Origin: Callorhinchus milii
Taxonomy: Eukaryota
NCBI RefSeq assembly: GCF_018977255.1
Contig: NW_024704742.1
Coordinates: 30,134,001-30,198,000 of the forward strand
Direction: 5' to 3'
DNA: 64,000 bases
The notes below the pieces were generated by a model. That model worked only from the letters and a program-made list of their open reading frames with translations. It was not told the DNA's origin and searched no databases. The translations under genes and the position numbers were made by a program. Of this stretch, positions 25,806 to 39,858 are shown one piece after another; position 1 is the first letter of the stretch, and each line of letters begins with the position of its first letter.

Positions 25806-26335
25806 GAATCATAGAATCATACAGCACAGAAGGAGGCCATTGGGCCCATCGCGTCTGTGCTGGCTCTTTGAAAAGAGCTATCCAAGTCAAACCTACTCCC
25901 CCATTCTCTCCCCATAGCCCTGCAAACTTGTCCTCCCCAAATAATTATCTACTTCTCTCTTAAAAGTTGTTATCGAATTGACTTCCACCATCCTTTCAGG
26001 CAATGCATTCCAGATCCAAACAACTCCCTCTGTGAAAAAATTTCTCCTCACCTCTCTTTCTTTTAACAACTATTTTAAATCGGTGCCCTCGGGTTACTGA
26101 CCCACCCGCCAGTGGAAAGTTTCTCCTTGTTCACCCTATCGAATCCCATCATAATTTTAAAAACTTCTATTAAGTCTCCTCTTAACCTTCTCTGCTAATA
26201 ATCCTAGCTTCTCTAGCCTCTCCTGATAACTGAAGCCCCTCATTTCTGGTACCATCTTGGTAAATCTCCTTTGAACCCTCTTCAATGACATCCTTTCTAA
26301 AGTGTGGTACCCAGAACTGAACACAGTACTCTAGG
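25806..26335 (-). mobile_element. CR1 LINE 3' fragment
   Basis: gaatcatagaatcatacagcacagaaggaggccattgggcccatc is a CR1 3' terminus; translation LEYCVQFWVPHFRKDVI appears in ORF 26182..26541. Confidence 0.85.
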
Positions 26336-27564
26336 TTTCCATGCTCTTCCCATAATGAAGGTGGTGGTGAGTGTTGGGGTCGGGGAAAGAGGATAAAGAG
26401 AACAGAAAATAATTTATTAAAGCCCATCTCATAGATGCTACTGGCCAATAAAACAATGTGTGTTAAAGCAATTTTCCATATCTTGTTGGTTCGGAATGGC
26501 AAATATGACACAAGGAGAGAGAAAATATTGTACAGAGGCATACACGTTACCCATAAGAAACAAGTTGTGTTTTCTCTTTGTGTTACAGAACTGTATCAAT
26601 CACTTGTTGGTCTTAGTTTGACATTTCCAACAAGACACTGATGTTGGATAATAATAATCCTTTCATTTGATTTAGCACCTTACCACATCGCCAAAATGTC
26701 TCAAGGCACTTGACTGGTGGGGATAAGAGAAAATAAACAAATCCTGTAACTGAATTACACTTTATGAAAAATTCAGTTTCAGTATCAGTATTCCAATTTG
26801 ACAACTTTGGAACTGTTTCTAGAGCAGGTTTTTCTAATATCTGTGCCCAACTGAACACTCACCCTAAAGAGTATTGGTGTTCCCCCTTTCATATATTATC
26901 TGGCACCTAGCAATTCAGAAGTTACAGCTCCATCATTTTGCAAAGCTACATTGGGCATTTTCTTGGACTGGCTTCTGTGAAATAATGGCACATTAGGTGA
27001 CCCATGTCCAAGTTACAAAACATTGAGCACAATAGAATATAAGATTTTTCTGAATTTGCAATAAATTATGCCGATAAATTCCTTGAAAATCTTAGCATCT
27101 AGAATGGAATGGAATGCTAGGAACTGTGCTACAACCAAACAGTTAATGAACTGGACTGAAGGGCAGACAAAAGGCATAATACATATTTTATCCCCCAAAA
27201 TATCACATGAATGCACTTCAGGGTAAATTTCACAAGCTCCCTCTGTCCGCATAATTCTTTGAAATTTGACTGCAGCAATCCACAAAAATCAATTTTACTC
27301 TACTTCAAGTAGCACTGACATTTAGCTTCAGAGGAATTTACTCATGGCTATGTACGTGTAATCATATATAACTAGAAGAGGCCAATCCACAGAGATTATC
27401 ACCCCAGTACCAGTGAAAATGGGATGCAGTGTTCAGACCTGGAGCAATTACTCACTTCAAAGCTGAATCAACCAATTTTTTGTCTACATCAAACATCAAT
27501 GACACAATGCATTCATAAACACTGTGCTTGTGCAACTATAATACTGATGGCCCTTGTCTGGCAG

Positions 27565-28650
27565 GAAACAGCAATTTGCAGTTATATAGTGTCTTTCATG
27601 AGGGGAAAATGTCTCAGTGTTTACAACAGAGTAGAGACCCAAGCTGGAAGGCGGATGGGGGAGGGTGCAGGAAGGAGGTGGCTGAAGGAGCAGTCAAATA
27701 AATATGGTTTTTGGATGAATTTTGAAAGCAGAGTGGGAGGGAATAAGGTAGATGGGTTTCAAAAGGGTGTTCCAGAGGGTAAGGAAGGTAACTGAATATT
27801 CCCCCTTGATGATGGGGTGGAGGGAAAGGTTCATTAAGCTGTTGGTAGAGTGGAGGGAGTGGGTGGGAGAGTAGTTTCAGAAGATCACACAGATAGGAAT
27901 TAATACAAGGATGAGGTTCTTAAAGTCAATCTGCTGGGAGAGAGGAAGCCAATGGAGCCAGACAAAGTTGAGAGTGATGGGCTTGTGGAGCCTAGTGCAA
28001 GATAAAATGTGGGCTGCAGAATTCTCAATGATCTGGATCTTGTGAAGACAGACTTGGGAGGCAAATGATCATAGCATTGGAAAAGTCAAGACTGGAGGGG
28101 ACAAATGTATCGAGGAAGATTTCAGTTGTATTGAGGGTGAAATAATGGTGGAGGCAGACAATGTTGCAGAAATGGAATTGGTCAGAACCTGGCAAAAGGC
28201 TTAAAGGAGAGGCTAAAGGCAGATCTATAGTGTTGGGTGTCATCTGTGGGTAAAGCAGAGTGTGGATGATATCACAAAGATGGAGCATGAAGATGAGGAA
28301 AAAGAGTGTACAGAGTCCTTTGAACACCAATGTGACTGAGGAGAAACTGTTGGAGGCCGGTGACAACTCTAGAGAGTGGACAGAAACGTGCAGAGATTTA
28401 TTTAGGAAATATCTCCAAGAGTGCAGAGGTTTAGTTCGGAAAGACAGACAGTGGAGGAGGATGGAATGTTCAACAGTATTGAAAACACTGAGGAGGTAGA
28501 GGAGAAAAATTTGGCACGAGGAGCCTTTGTCATAGGCAGAGAGGATGCTGTCTGACTTTGTCCAAGATTGTTGCGATTTTGGGCGAGGTGAAAGCCAGAT
28601 AGAAGAGGTTCATACAAGGAGTGGTGGTAGAGAAAAGACTGATGCTCAAT
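27565..28650 (-). mobile_element. Old decayed L2 LINE fragment
   Basis: Purine-rich + strand. gtcatctgtgggta is the reverse complement of a decayed YADDT motif, and the FVPSSLDFSNAMII remnant resembles the L2 FVTSRLDYCN motif. Confidence 0.75.
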
Positions 28651-31600
28651 CTCAATGTTATTCAAAGCATAAATAGGATGTATACTGTGGTATACACAGT
28701 GACAATAGTGTTTCCCTAATAAGTGTGACACTGCTTCCTAGGCATGCTCTCTCCACTTTTATTGGATAGCATGCTATATTGGTCAACTTTGGAACTTTAA
28801 ATTCTATGAATCTAAGGGTATTAGCAAGAGCTCCAACTGTTGCAGTTTAATCTTGTATCTCTGGATTTTGGGTTACAAGTTAAGATTTGGAAGAGAAGTG
28901 GTTTCTAATATCAGATGGTGACTAATCTAAGTGAAATAACTATAGTATTAAAACTTTGAACTAATTTGTCAATCTAGCTCTGAGCAGCAATAGGTCCACT
29001 CATCATAATACTTGCATATAGTGCCGTATCACGTTGTTAGATGTCTCAAAATGTTTCACAGAACATACTGTGAAGTGGATTGACTGTGTATTTTGTAGGA
29101 AATGAAAGAGCTGGGACATGGAGACATTGTTTAGAGGTTACGATTGCAGCAGCACATTGATATGCTTGTACTGAGTGATTCAGGCTGGGTGATTCATACC
29201 ATTGATCGATTAAAAGTAGAAAGAAATTCACTTTAAACCCCCAGTAAGAGATTTACAGTTTTTGCATTCTAGGTTTGAACTTTGTGCATAGATTCAATGA
29301 TTTTTAGTTATAACATCTAGATACTGGCACAGATGTTTCCTATTCTTTATTCAGACATTTTTCAATTTTAATCTTGTCGAGTGATGAAACTGCTTCAAAA
29401 GGCATACTGATTCCAAGCCTAATAATGCACAATTATCAGTGATTTCATTCAATGGATTCTTTGGTGATTATATAAACACTGTGCCATAGGCTTACTTCAC
29501 CTCCCTCAACAGACTCCGTCTGTCTAATTGAGCAATTAATTCATGATGAAACATATCACTTGGAGGCAATCCGGGGGAAAAAAAACCATTTATTTTTATA
29601 AATCATGAGCATTTTGGAAATGTAACCAAATATTTGGACACATTTCCTAAAATACTTAATTTTTTCATTTTGCTCATTTTATTCCGATTATAATCTCATT
29701 TATCTTATGTCAAAGCCTGACAATTTTTACACCATTCATTTCCAGTTGGTTCTCAGTTGCAATGCTTCTGTAGAAATAAAAGCAAAAGGAAATATAAAGG
29801 ATCAAAACTGTGTAGGAATAATTATGTATATATATTTTGTAAAAATTAGCAATTGGTCAAGGCAAACATGTTCTCCATTAGCCTCCTGCTGGAGTTTATA
29901 GAATTTGTCTGCATTCTTTGTCTGTGTACGCATCTAGCTGTATTGTTTGTCAGAATATGCATTTACAGCTTCACAGCTTTTAATTTTGAAAATAATCTAA
30001 TTCTTTGGAATTAAACGATGATCTAACAGACACCAGTGTGAAGAGCAAGGGACATGAAGATGAAGCAAGAATTAAAAATAGTAAAGAAAACTAAATAGAT
30101 CTAGGCTTAGCAATGACAATATTGAGATGGTAGCAGAAAAAGATCACGTGGGGGTGGGGGAGTGAAGGAAGATCAACAACCATGAGGATATAGGAAGAAG
30201 GAATAGCAAAAGGGTTATTTTGAAGTTATATTTGGAGCTTGGGCAAACAGAGCAAAATTCTGAGAGCTAATACTCATGGTAGTGCCCGCCAATATAAGAT
30301 GATCATGTTCTGTCCAAAATTGCAAGAAAGATATTCAGAACATCCACATATGTGATTAGTGTTTTGAACAAACAATCACATTTAAATTATCAATGTATTC
30401 AAAAATCTTCATAAAGATCCAGAGATTCTCTAAAATCAGACTAGATTAATAATATCTATTGGATAGTACAATAGGATGGTTAGATTGAGCGTGAACTTTT
30501 TAAAAATAGCTACGCCACACTAAACTTTCGAGATTTTTATTTTATGATTGGACACTTTGCTAATGTTTTTTGTTGGTATCAGAAACAGTGTCATGCGACG
30601 TAAGGCATTCCTTACGTCAACCGTCACAGAATACTTCGGTAAAAAGGTCTCTTCCTGGAATGAGCTTCTACCTGGAAGAGAGTTCAATCAAAGAAACTTA
30701 AGAGCTGATTTCCAAATATCTTCAGACACCCAAAGCACAGAGATGGTTATCAAGTGCAATCTAAACCCATGATGCTGTTTTTTTAAAGAAGCATATAATT
30801 CAATTACAAAGGATGTATTTATTCAGTCATACGACTCTCCTCCCTTGTGCCTCTCTGCCTTTCCCTTAAATTTCTGTTTGGATGTCTCAAATGTAAGTAA
30901 GCTTTTAGTGGATCCTTTTTTCTCGTGTGCTATAAATTCAAAAGTGTGAGTTCATGAAGCCTTCAAGCACAATGAAAGACTGTCAATGAGTATTTATCTG
31001 ATTGTAAACTTTGATTTAATTATGCTAACCTTTGTTTACAATTTCATCTAAAAGTCAGCTATTTCTATCGGGTTCCCTAAATCAATGTGAACAGCAGGGC
31101 ACCAAGAAGAGACTGCAACACTTGGGAACTTTGCTGGTCAATGGCTTCCTCACCTCATAGAAAGAATCCCCCCACCAACTGATGATTACTTGGTGCTTCC
31201 TATTGTCAAGACAGATTTCAATCCTGCCAACTAACTAGTCAACAATTCCATGAGCATTACTTTTTAAAGAAAAATCTCACATGTAGACTTCTGAAAATCA
31301 AGACATGATAATAATCAAGGCATTTTGTATAATGTCTTTCATGTTGAAATAACAGGATTTACTGTATAGTGACAGCATATTTTGTAGGTGAATGTAAATT
31401 ATATTTACTAGTAGTCCTCATATACTATTTACCTCAAAGAATTCCAGACAGTTAGTAAGGCAGTATTTGTGGCTTTCTCAATTCATGCTCAATATTGATG
31501 TATTTTTTAAGATGAGCATTTGGTTCCCAATCTTGTTAGCATGAGGTAACAATTAGAATTAGTTAGTACCACAAGACGGTGATGCAACTACACTGAAATT

Positions 31601-33754
31601 TAAACCGAAAGAGCAACATGTCCTTCATCCCGCTACAAATACTCCACCCCTGTGCAATCATGATAGGATGTCAATAGATAAAATGCACCAAATGCCATAC
31701 ACAAGGTGTGATTCATATCAGAACATTTTCACAAGCAAATTTTTTTGTATATGCATGTATTTACTACAAAACTCCAAACATTTCAAATCTCTAGTGGTAT
31801 AGTCTAGTGGTATAGGAACTTTACCTGCTTCCCTTACCCTATTTGTACAGAATTCAATACAAATTTACATTTCTTTAGCACCATTCAACTCGGGAGGAAG
31901 TCCCAAGGCACAACACAATACTGGCTTGACACCCAAGCTGGGGATGGAAGCTAAGTGCGGATGGAGAAGGGAAAGATGAGTGCGGTCAAGACTGGAAGAC
32001 CTTCGGTGTTTGAGCAGTGGGTTGCGCAAACAAGACTCTACATGGCTTATCTGATCTTAAAATAGTTTGAGATAAAGTTTCCCAAGCAGCCTTTCTGATG
32101 CACCACATAAGAGAAAGGAGATAGAACCCAAGAAAAGCTTATTGAAGTCCAGAGAGGAATCCTGTTGACAGATCCCACATACCAGAATGCCGAACTGGAT
32201 AGCATTATTGCATTCATCAAACAAATCGATGTGGAGCCAAGAACAGATATGTTGGAAATTATATTCTTCTTCCTGCTGAGAAGGCTGAAAAGGATACTTT
32301 CTTTTCTTACCACCTGTTTCCTAATCCTCAACTTCAAAAGCAACCACAACATCTGGCGGATCAGGATAAAAATCAATCAGTACCAGAGATTAAGATGCTG
32401 GACATAATCCCAAAGCTTCATACATTCAACACCGATCCCAATAAATGCAGAAGTTTCAAATAAGGCCAACTGGGCAGTAAATTATTTGCTTGGAAATGGT
32501 AGTAATGGCTAATGTAAACCCAATTAATGCTTTCAGATATTTCTTCCCCTGCATTTGTGGGAGGTTGATGATAGGCAAGATCAGAGTCCCTTATGAGAAT
32601 CTGCTGCAGTGTTGTCTGGGCTCAGGTCTATGATCTGAGCCAAAAGAAAGATAACAGCTTTGGCCAAAGCCAAACTCTGTCTCTGCAAAGAATGATAATC
32701 TCACTTCAATGTTCTTGATCAAAGCTCTGTAGCAGTGATGAGAGAGACTCCAGATGTGTGCAGATTATTGAAGTGTAAAAGTTTTGTAACTCATGCTGGT
32801 GGAAGTTGTATAATACTCTGAAGACTCCAGAACATAAACTGATGTAAATCATTGCTCAACTGGCCCATCTTTAGATAGCTGCCCCTACAATGGAAATTAA
32901 TCTGATCTCGAGATAGAAACATGCTTCTTGAGGGAGCAGCACTGTGGCCTCATTGTACCCCAGCTAAGTGAGTTTGCCTGGATGGTGTACCACAAATAAG
33001 CAGTTCCACTTAACCATCTTACTACATGTAAGCATCATTCACTGAGAAGCATCTATGGCACTGAATACAAATTGTAAAACCAAAACGTTTGTAAATCTAG
33101 TTTGATAGCTTCTTGTAATCTAGTTTACAGCAAATGTTTTTATATATTCCACCATCTATTAACTGTTGTGGTGAAGGCAGTTCTGTAAAACTGCTGCCTT
33201 CTGCCTTGCTCAATGTCCATGTCCACTGTGAAACGCTTCAAGATGTTATCCTCTGTGAATGGCAATATATAAAAGTAAACTGTTGTGATAGTACTAGGAT
33301 TCAAGTTTCATGTGAATCAAAGTATAACATTCCCCATTCACTTCAAAACCTGCCCCAGCGCACAAAACGGACCTGACAGACCTGCCCCAGCGCACAAAAA
33401 CAAGTTTTGAAGTGTTACCTCAAAGTGAAATGTGAAGCTTTTGGTGATATCATCAGTCTTGTTATTGATACAACAACTACATTTACATTTATACAATCGC
33501 CTTTCACATGGGGACGACATCCCAAGGCACTTAAATAGCCACACATAGAACTGCTGATCAGAGTCCCCTGTAAAGGCTTTTTTTTAATTCACTTTTACAG
33601 TTGTTGGCTCAAATGTAAAAAAAATGTTGATTTCCCCAAATATTCCTTTTGGACAAAATAATTCTTGTAAAGCTGTTTATTTTACCTTAGGCAGAGGGTG
33701 CTGCTGAGTCAGTTTGAGCAGACAAACACACCAATGTTTTCACTGAAATTTACC

Positions 33755-34730
33755 CCATGTCATCCGCAAACATGGGGTAAATTTCCACATGTATGCGGAT
33801 GACACCCAACTCTATCTCTCTACCTCCACCCTCAACTTCAGGACCACCGGGGTCCTGACTGACTGCCTGTCCGACATCAAGTTCTGGACGAGGGACAACT
33901 TTCTCCAACTGAACGTCAGCAAGACCGAGGCCCTCCTGATTGGCTCGCGCCAGCGCCTCCGCACCTCGGGCACTGGCAGCATCAGCCTCCACGGCTGCAC
34001 ACTCAACCTCACTAAGCCAGTCAGGAGCCTGGGTGTCTTGTTTGACCCTGAATTGTCCTATCTCCCCCACATCCGCGCCATGACTGGCACTGCCTACCAC
34101 CACCTCTGCAACATTGCCCGACTCCACCACTGCCTCACCCCTCAGGCTGCCAAACCCTCACCCACGCATTTGTCACATCAAGGCTCAATTATGGAAACTT
34201 CCTCCTCATCGGCCTTCCCAACTCTTCCCTTCACAAGCTGCAAATCATCCAAAACTCTGCAGCTCATGTACTCTCGCGCACCAGGCTCCGTGACCCCATC
34301 ACTCCCACCCTCGCCCGTCTCCACTGGCTCCCCATCCCTCAGAGGATCGAATTCAAGATTTCAAGGCCATCTACCTCTCTGACCTGCTGACTCCCTACCA
34401 ACCTGCCCGCTCCCTCCATTCAGCAGGCTCTGGCCTGCTCCACGTCTCCCGCTCGACCTGCCCTACCATCGGTGGCCGGGCTTTCAGCCTCTCTGCCCCC
34501 ACATTCTGGAACAGTCCCTTCGCCTCGCTTCCTCCCTTGCTTCCTTCATGGCCGGTCTCAAGACCCTCCTCTTCGATCGTGCCTTCAGTCGCCCTCCCAC
34601 CTTTCTGCCTTCCCTCACCCCTACCCCACCCCTCCCCCACGCTCGGGTCCTGACCCCTGACTGTCCAGCGCCTTGGGACATCCTCCCAACGTGAAAGGAG
34701 CTTGATAAATGTAATATTGTTGTTGTTGTC
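33755..34730 (+). mobile_element. L2-clade LINE, 5'-truncated, relatively young (RT C-terminus and 3' tail)
   Basis: MYADDTQLYLS...CLSDIKFWTRDNFLQLNVSKTEALLIG...VRSLGVLFDPELSY is L2 RT; frameshifted downstream; ends in gtgaaagg...aaatgtaatattgttgttgttg. Confidence 0.95.
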
Positions 34731-34927
34731 GATGTCATACTCAAGTGGCAACCTTCAGCAATTTAGAAATGCCAACAGAAACCACAAAATTGGACTTCTT
34801 CTTTAAACGCACTGCAAACCAGTCTTAAATCCTGATGATTCCATTGTTATCTTTTCTAAAGAAACTAACCCCTAACCCACTTTTCTACTCCAGCTCTAAT
34901 ATTGATGATCTTTACAAAGAATCTCCT

Positions 34928-35232
34928 TAATAATAATAATATTAATAATCCTTGCATTTGATATAGCGCTTTTCACGTCGGGAGGATGTCCCAAAGCGCT
35001 TCACAGAGCACACTGTAAAGTGAATTGACTGTATATTTGTGGGCGAACACGGCAGCCAATTGCGCACAGCAATGTCCCACAAACAGTCGTAGATTGAAAA
35101 TGACCAATTTTTATTATTGTTTTTGGTTTTGGAGGGATTATTATTAGGCGTGTGGAGTAAGGAAGCTTGCCCAAGGTTTCGCCCTCTGCCTGGAATTGAA
35201 CTCAGGTGTCTCGCTTGCAAAGCGAGTGCTCC
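34928..35232 (-). mobile_element. tRNA-Ala-derived SINE, short young variant, slightly 5'-truncated
   Basis: Near-identical to 39859-40185. Confidence 0.93.
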
Positions 35233-36739
35233 TTCCATTGCATTCTAATTTTCTAGTCAGCAGGAAGTGACACAAACAGAAAGCCATCACCCTACATATT
35301 AATCTCTGAATCAAATCACTAAGCGCCACATACAATGGAATTCTTTAGCAGTTTGGTAATGGAGACTCATAATTATTGTATGACTATGACGCACATAAAA
35401 TATTTTAATTCCAACATGCTAGTTATATCTCGCACTTCCAAAAAAGGTCTCTGATCCTGATGATATACCTCGTATTGTGACCAAGACATATGCTCCAAAT
35501 CGGCCTGTATCCTAAGCCAACGCTTGAGAACCTTTTCTATTTCGATAGTACCACTCCCGCGAGAGATTTTGTTGCCTGTGTTCAGCAACTTTGAAATTTT
35601 AGTTTTGAGTCATTTAAAGATTTAATTGGCATTACCTAGATCATTTCCAAAGCTTTTTCAAAGGATTTGATACAAACACCTCTTGAAGTTGTGACTAATC
35701 AAAGTAGATTATAGCAGTTAGTTTCCACTGAAATCATTTCATCTTTCCATTGTTGGATAGTTCATCTTCAGACTCGCCTGTACAATCCTACTACCTGCAG
35801 ATTCTATGCCCTCAATGCACAAATCTGAACTTCTCATAGTGTTTGAGTCCCTAACCTTGTTGTCATTAATGCCCTGTGTTTGCAAGTTTAATCATCAGCC
35901 ACAGAGTCTTCGTTTTAATTCTGCTCTTGATCCTACTATTTTTATTGCCAATTTTTGGCCTCATGATCTCTTCTGATATCAAAGGAATGCTGACATGTGC
36001 TCCATCGCTAAAACTGCCAATAAATAACTCAGTTTCCTATTTTATGCCAAATCTCCCTTTCTCCTCAATGAAAACATTTAGATTTCATTAAGTGAAATGA
36101 AGTGAAAGTTGTGACAAAGGTAAACCGTGGCAACTAAAAAATAACTTTTTAAAATCCCATGTTCATCCACAACATATCTTTTTGTACATGATTATAACTT
36201 ATGAAAAGGCTTGTCTCCAAATTATCCCTTGCATCTTCCAGCATCAAACCTCAAACTCTCAATTGCAATCTTTGTTCAGATTGTTATCAATGTTATTTCC
36301 CTGGACTTTCCTCCCATATCTCACAAGATCCAAATTTGCTGTCCTAAACATTCTTCTCCTATTCTTCACTTCATCCCAATTGTTAAAATGTTGACTTCTA
36401 GGTTTTTTACTTTAGCAAGACTTCAAGACTGAAACCTCTTACATTGTTCTGCCTTCCCTCTTCCTAGTTATAGGCTTCCAGAATCCAAACTAAAGCACTA
36501 CTTTTTAACTTGCATATTTTTCTAATTGTTTCCAGTCTCTGCCCTTCATCTATGTATTTCTTTTAAAAAAAAGACATTTGGTATTCCATACATAATATAA
36601 CTTTTCTTAGAATAATTACCCCTTACCAGGAATATTTTCCCCTCTCCTCGCTTGCAGACAATGACTCATGCTGAAGGTACAGAATTTCCATGGAACTTCA
36701 CCCAAGAGAGACAGTCATCATCCAGAAGTCTAATAGTGC

Positions 36740-37045
36740 ATGTTGGCAGACAATCAACCATTGGAGCGTCAAAGTCAAGCCTGTTTCTGTCCTCACCTGA
36801 TAGTCACATATATAATAAGCTTTACAACAGGGATTATTGAATAGTGATGAAGAGCAGGAACCCTGGCAAATGTTTTCCTTCTGAGCCCAGAGATGCAGAT
36901 AAGTGCCACATTACTACTTTAACTCAGATAAACTAATTCAATACTGACCAAGGATTATATTAAGTAATTTCAGGGATTTTTTTGTTCTTTTATGTTTATA
37001 TAGCTCAGCAACATGTTACACAGTGCTTTAACCCTGTGAACCATT
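36740..37045 (-). mobile_element. Old AmnSINE2-like SINE
   Basis: Minus strand gccagggttcctgctcttcatcactattcaataatccctgttgtaaag...caggtgaggacagaaacaggcttgactttgacgctcca resembles the recalled AmnSINE2-type consensus. Confidence 0.55.
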
Positions 37046-38574
37046 AACCCTTAAAAAAAAATTGCAAAAAAAACATGTTGTAGAACTGAAGATGGAAAGG
37101 CATGAAATAGGTCAATGGAAATAACAACAAACTACACCTGACTAATAATAATCCTTGCATTTGATATTGCGCCTTATCATGTCGTCAAGACGGCTCAGAG
37201 CACTCTACAGAGTATACTGTAAAGTGAATTGACTGTATATTTTGTGGGCAAAATGTGAGTAATATAGGAGTGAAGTGACTGATCCTTAAGGATTATTTAA
37301 GTAAACAAATGTATACAAATGTAATTTGTTGTTATTTTCAGTATCTTGGGACATTCTCCCGACATGAAAGGCACTATACAAATGTAATTTGTTGCTGTTG
37401 TTTTTATTTGTTTCCTAGCAAATTACAGGAAAAAGTTGTTCTACATAATACTGTAAATTATATTGCCTTAGCTTTCATCGCTTTACAGTTTCAAATTGTT
37501 AGGTATTTCTCTTCTAGGATCCTTTGACATGTTGGTTATCTATTTGAGCAGACAATGCAGCTTAAGGTAAAATAAAAAGTCCACAGCAAGATAACTGCCC
37601 TTCAGGACAATGCTCAGAATAAGCAAAAAGCAGTTCTGGTCTCTCTTCAAAATCCCAAAGCAGTTTAAATTGGCCAAAATATCAATGTGTTGACCAAACA
37701 ATTCTCCTTCTCAGCTCCCTCCTGGGCATGCAATGGAAAAGTTTCTTTCAGTCTATTTGCAAAGTCCGGACAAAGCAATGAGATGGATTTGTGATAAAAA
37801 CAGGAAGCGCCTATTTTGTGATAGTGACGAGGGCCAAGAATATCATTTAAGTGACATTTAAGTCTTCCTATAGGCAGACAAAACAGCACAGGAGAATTTT
37901 CAAGGCTATAAGTATCTCAACAGAAATTTATTTTTTTGACGGAGAGCAGGATATTTACAAAGTTTGGTTAAAATCTGACAATATTTTCAAGCTGAAGTAA
38001 CAAAATTAGTGCTTCTGAGCAGATGAACAACAATGCAATAATTGTACTTCTTCTTGTGGAGTTGGGAGAAGGGAAAAAACTGCATAAAAATACAAAAATG
38101 GTGAAATTTTGTAACTTGCGATGTGCTCATTGATACAGGAATAACATTGTTGAAAAATACAAGAAAGCTAGTCAATGATCTATTGACTGATTTTGGAAAG
38201 TGACCACTAGCCCCTCCTCTCCCTCCATTTACAACGCATATGTTTGGCCAGAAACCAGACCATGTTACTGAGAACATTAGGAAACAACATTACAGAAGAC
38301 CTTCAATTATGCATTACAGTTTATCCAAAATCCTTGGTTGCCCAGTGCCCTGGGGCTTCTTTCCGACTGAAGGCGCTATACAAGTGTAATTTGTTGTTCT
38401 TGTTGTATCCCACAACCAGCAGCCCAATCCGACAACACTTGACCTGGCTTTGAAACTAGCTAATATGTTGGGTAGTGGCCAGTTAATATTCAAAACAACT
38501 TGCCAAATTTTTCAACAATGTGTTGACACTAATCAAAATGGCATAATTCTAATTAGAGTACATTAGAACTATAA

Positions 38575-38830
38575 ATGCAACAAATTACATTTCATGTCAG
38601 GAGGATGTCCCAAAGCGTTGGCCAGTTTGAGGGTTTTCACTCAAACTGGGAGTGGATTCGGGAGAGGTGGGGGGCTAAGGGGGTTGGGGTAGAAAGATGA
38701 CCAAGGTTGCAGTCAAGGAGCAAGGTCTTGAGACAGATCTAGAAGAAAGCGAGGGAAAGTCCGACCACCAATGGTCAGACGACAAGTGATGTAAATTCAA
38801 GTCTGTTGAGCAGAAGAGATTGTAGGGTGC
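38575..38830 (-). mobile_element. L2 3' fragment
   Basis: caacaaattacatttcatgtcaggaggatgtcccaaagcgttgg...gtcaaggagcaaggtcttgagacag. Confidence 0.7.
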
Positions 38831-39858
38831 ACTATCCACTAAGATATACTCAGCATAAATAATATTCCATGTTGTGGCTAACCCCCCAAAAAACAACCTT
38901 AGTCCAAGTACCCTACCAAAGCACATCATTCAGTTAATTAAATTTGACAAGGAATAATTTGTGGAACTGTACAATAATTAGGACTTTAATTTAATAAAGA
39001 TGTTAATTGTTCCCCAAATTATTGAGAAATGGAAATTCCATAAAATGAAGTCAGTAGATACCTTTCATCTGATCAGTTTCTCTTGTGGATATTATGCTAT
39101 TCATACGCAGTTCTGAACTTGGGAATATGATATTGCTTTCTTTTGCGCCATGCAATCAGAACACCCACTGAGGTGAAATTGTAAAGTATTCGATCAATAA
39201 CACAACCACTACAAAACGAAGTCACAAATAAACACAGGATCCTGGATAACACCAATACTGTACATCCTGCAGCCAAACTCTATAGTGTTATGATAGTTGA
39301 ACACACTCACACAATGCTGGAAAATTCATGCCGAAGTACAGGGAATTTTTGTTAGTCTAATGCTAATGTTTTTCATAAAATCTTTTCAGTACAACATGTC
39401 AACATTTTAATGTTCTGATTGAACAAAGCTTACAACAAATAAGTAAGAAAAATCTCCTTAGTTCAAAATAACTAAACAAACTTTATAACATTAGTTGGAT
39501 GTACTTACTTCTAAACGTCGGTTTGAGAATTTCACACACTTGTGGTTTCATACAGTTCAGGAGGGAGTTGAGCCATAAGCATTTTATATGTGATGTTTCA
39601 TTAAGCATAAAATTACAAACAATTAACTAGAGAAGAGCATTTTGGAAGGCAAAGCACAATTTTTGGGTGGTTTCAAATCAATAAATCTCATTAAGGTTTT
39701 GATGTGCCCTAATGACTTTTGGAGGAAATAAGGCAGATGCTGATCAGGATAAATTGTTCAAAATAAATATTTTATACATTTCTACTACATTTAGTATTTT
39801 TAATGTTCCAGATGGTGCTTGAAAATGCCTCTCACCCACAAAGTTTTTCTACTTGGGT

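Noticed and set aside
33789..34382. 197-aa RT-like ORF as an active or domesticated gene
   Set aside because: It is a 5'-truncated L2 that starts at the YADD motif and frameshifts after about 120 codons.
34942..35238. Recurrent peptide NIQSIHFTVCSVKRFGTSSRREKRYIKCKDYYY in several ORFs (22387, 34942, 39800, 42416, 62983)
   Set aside because: It is the translation of the non-coding SINE tail, not a gene family.
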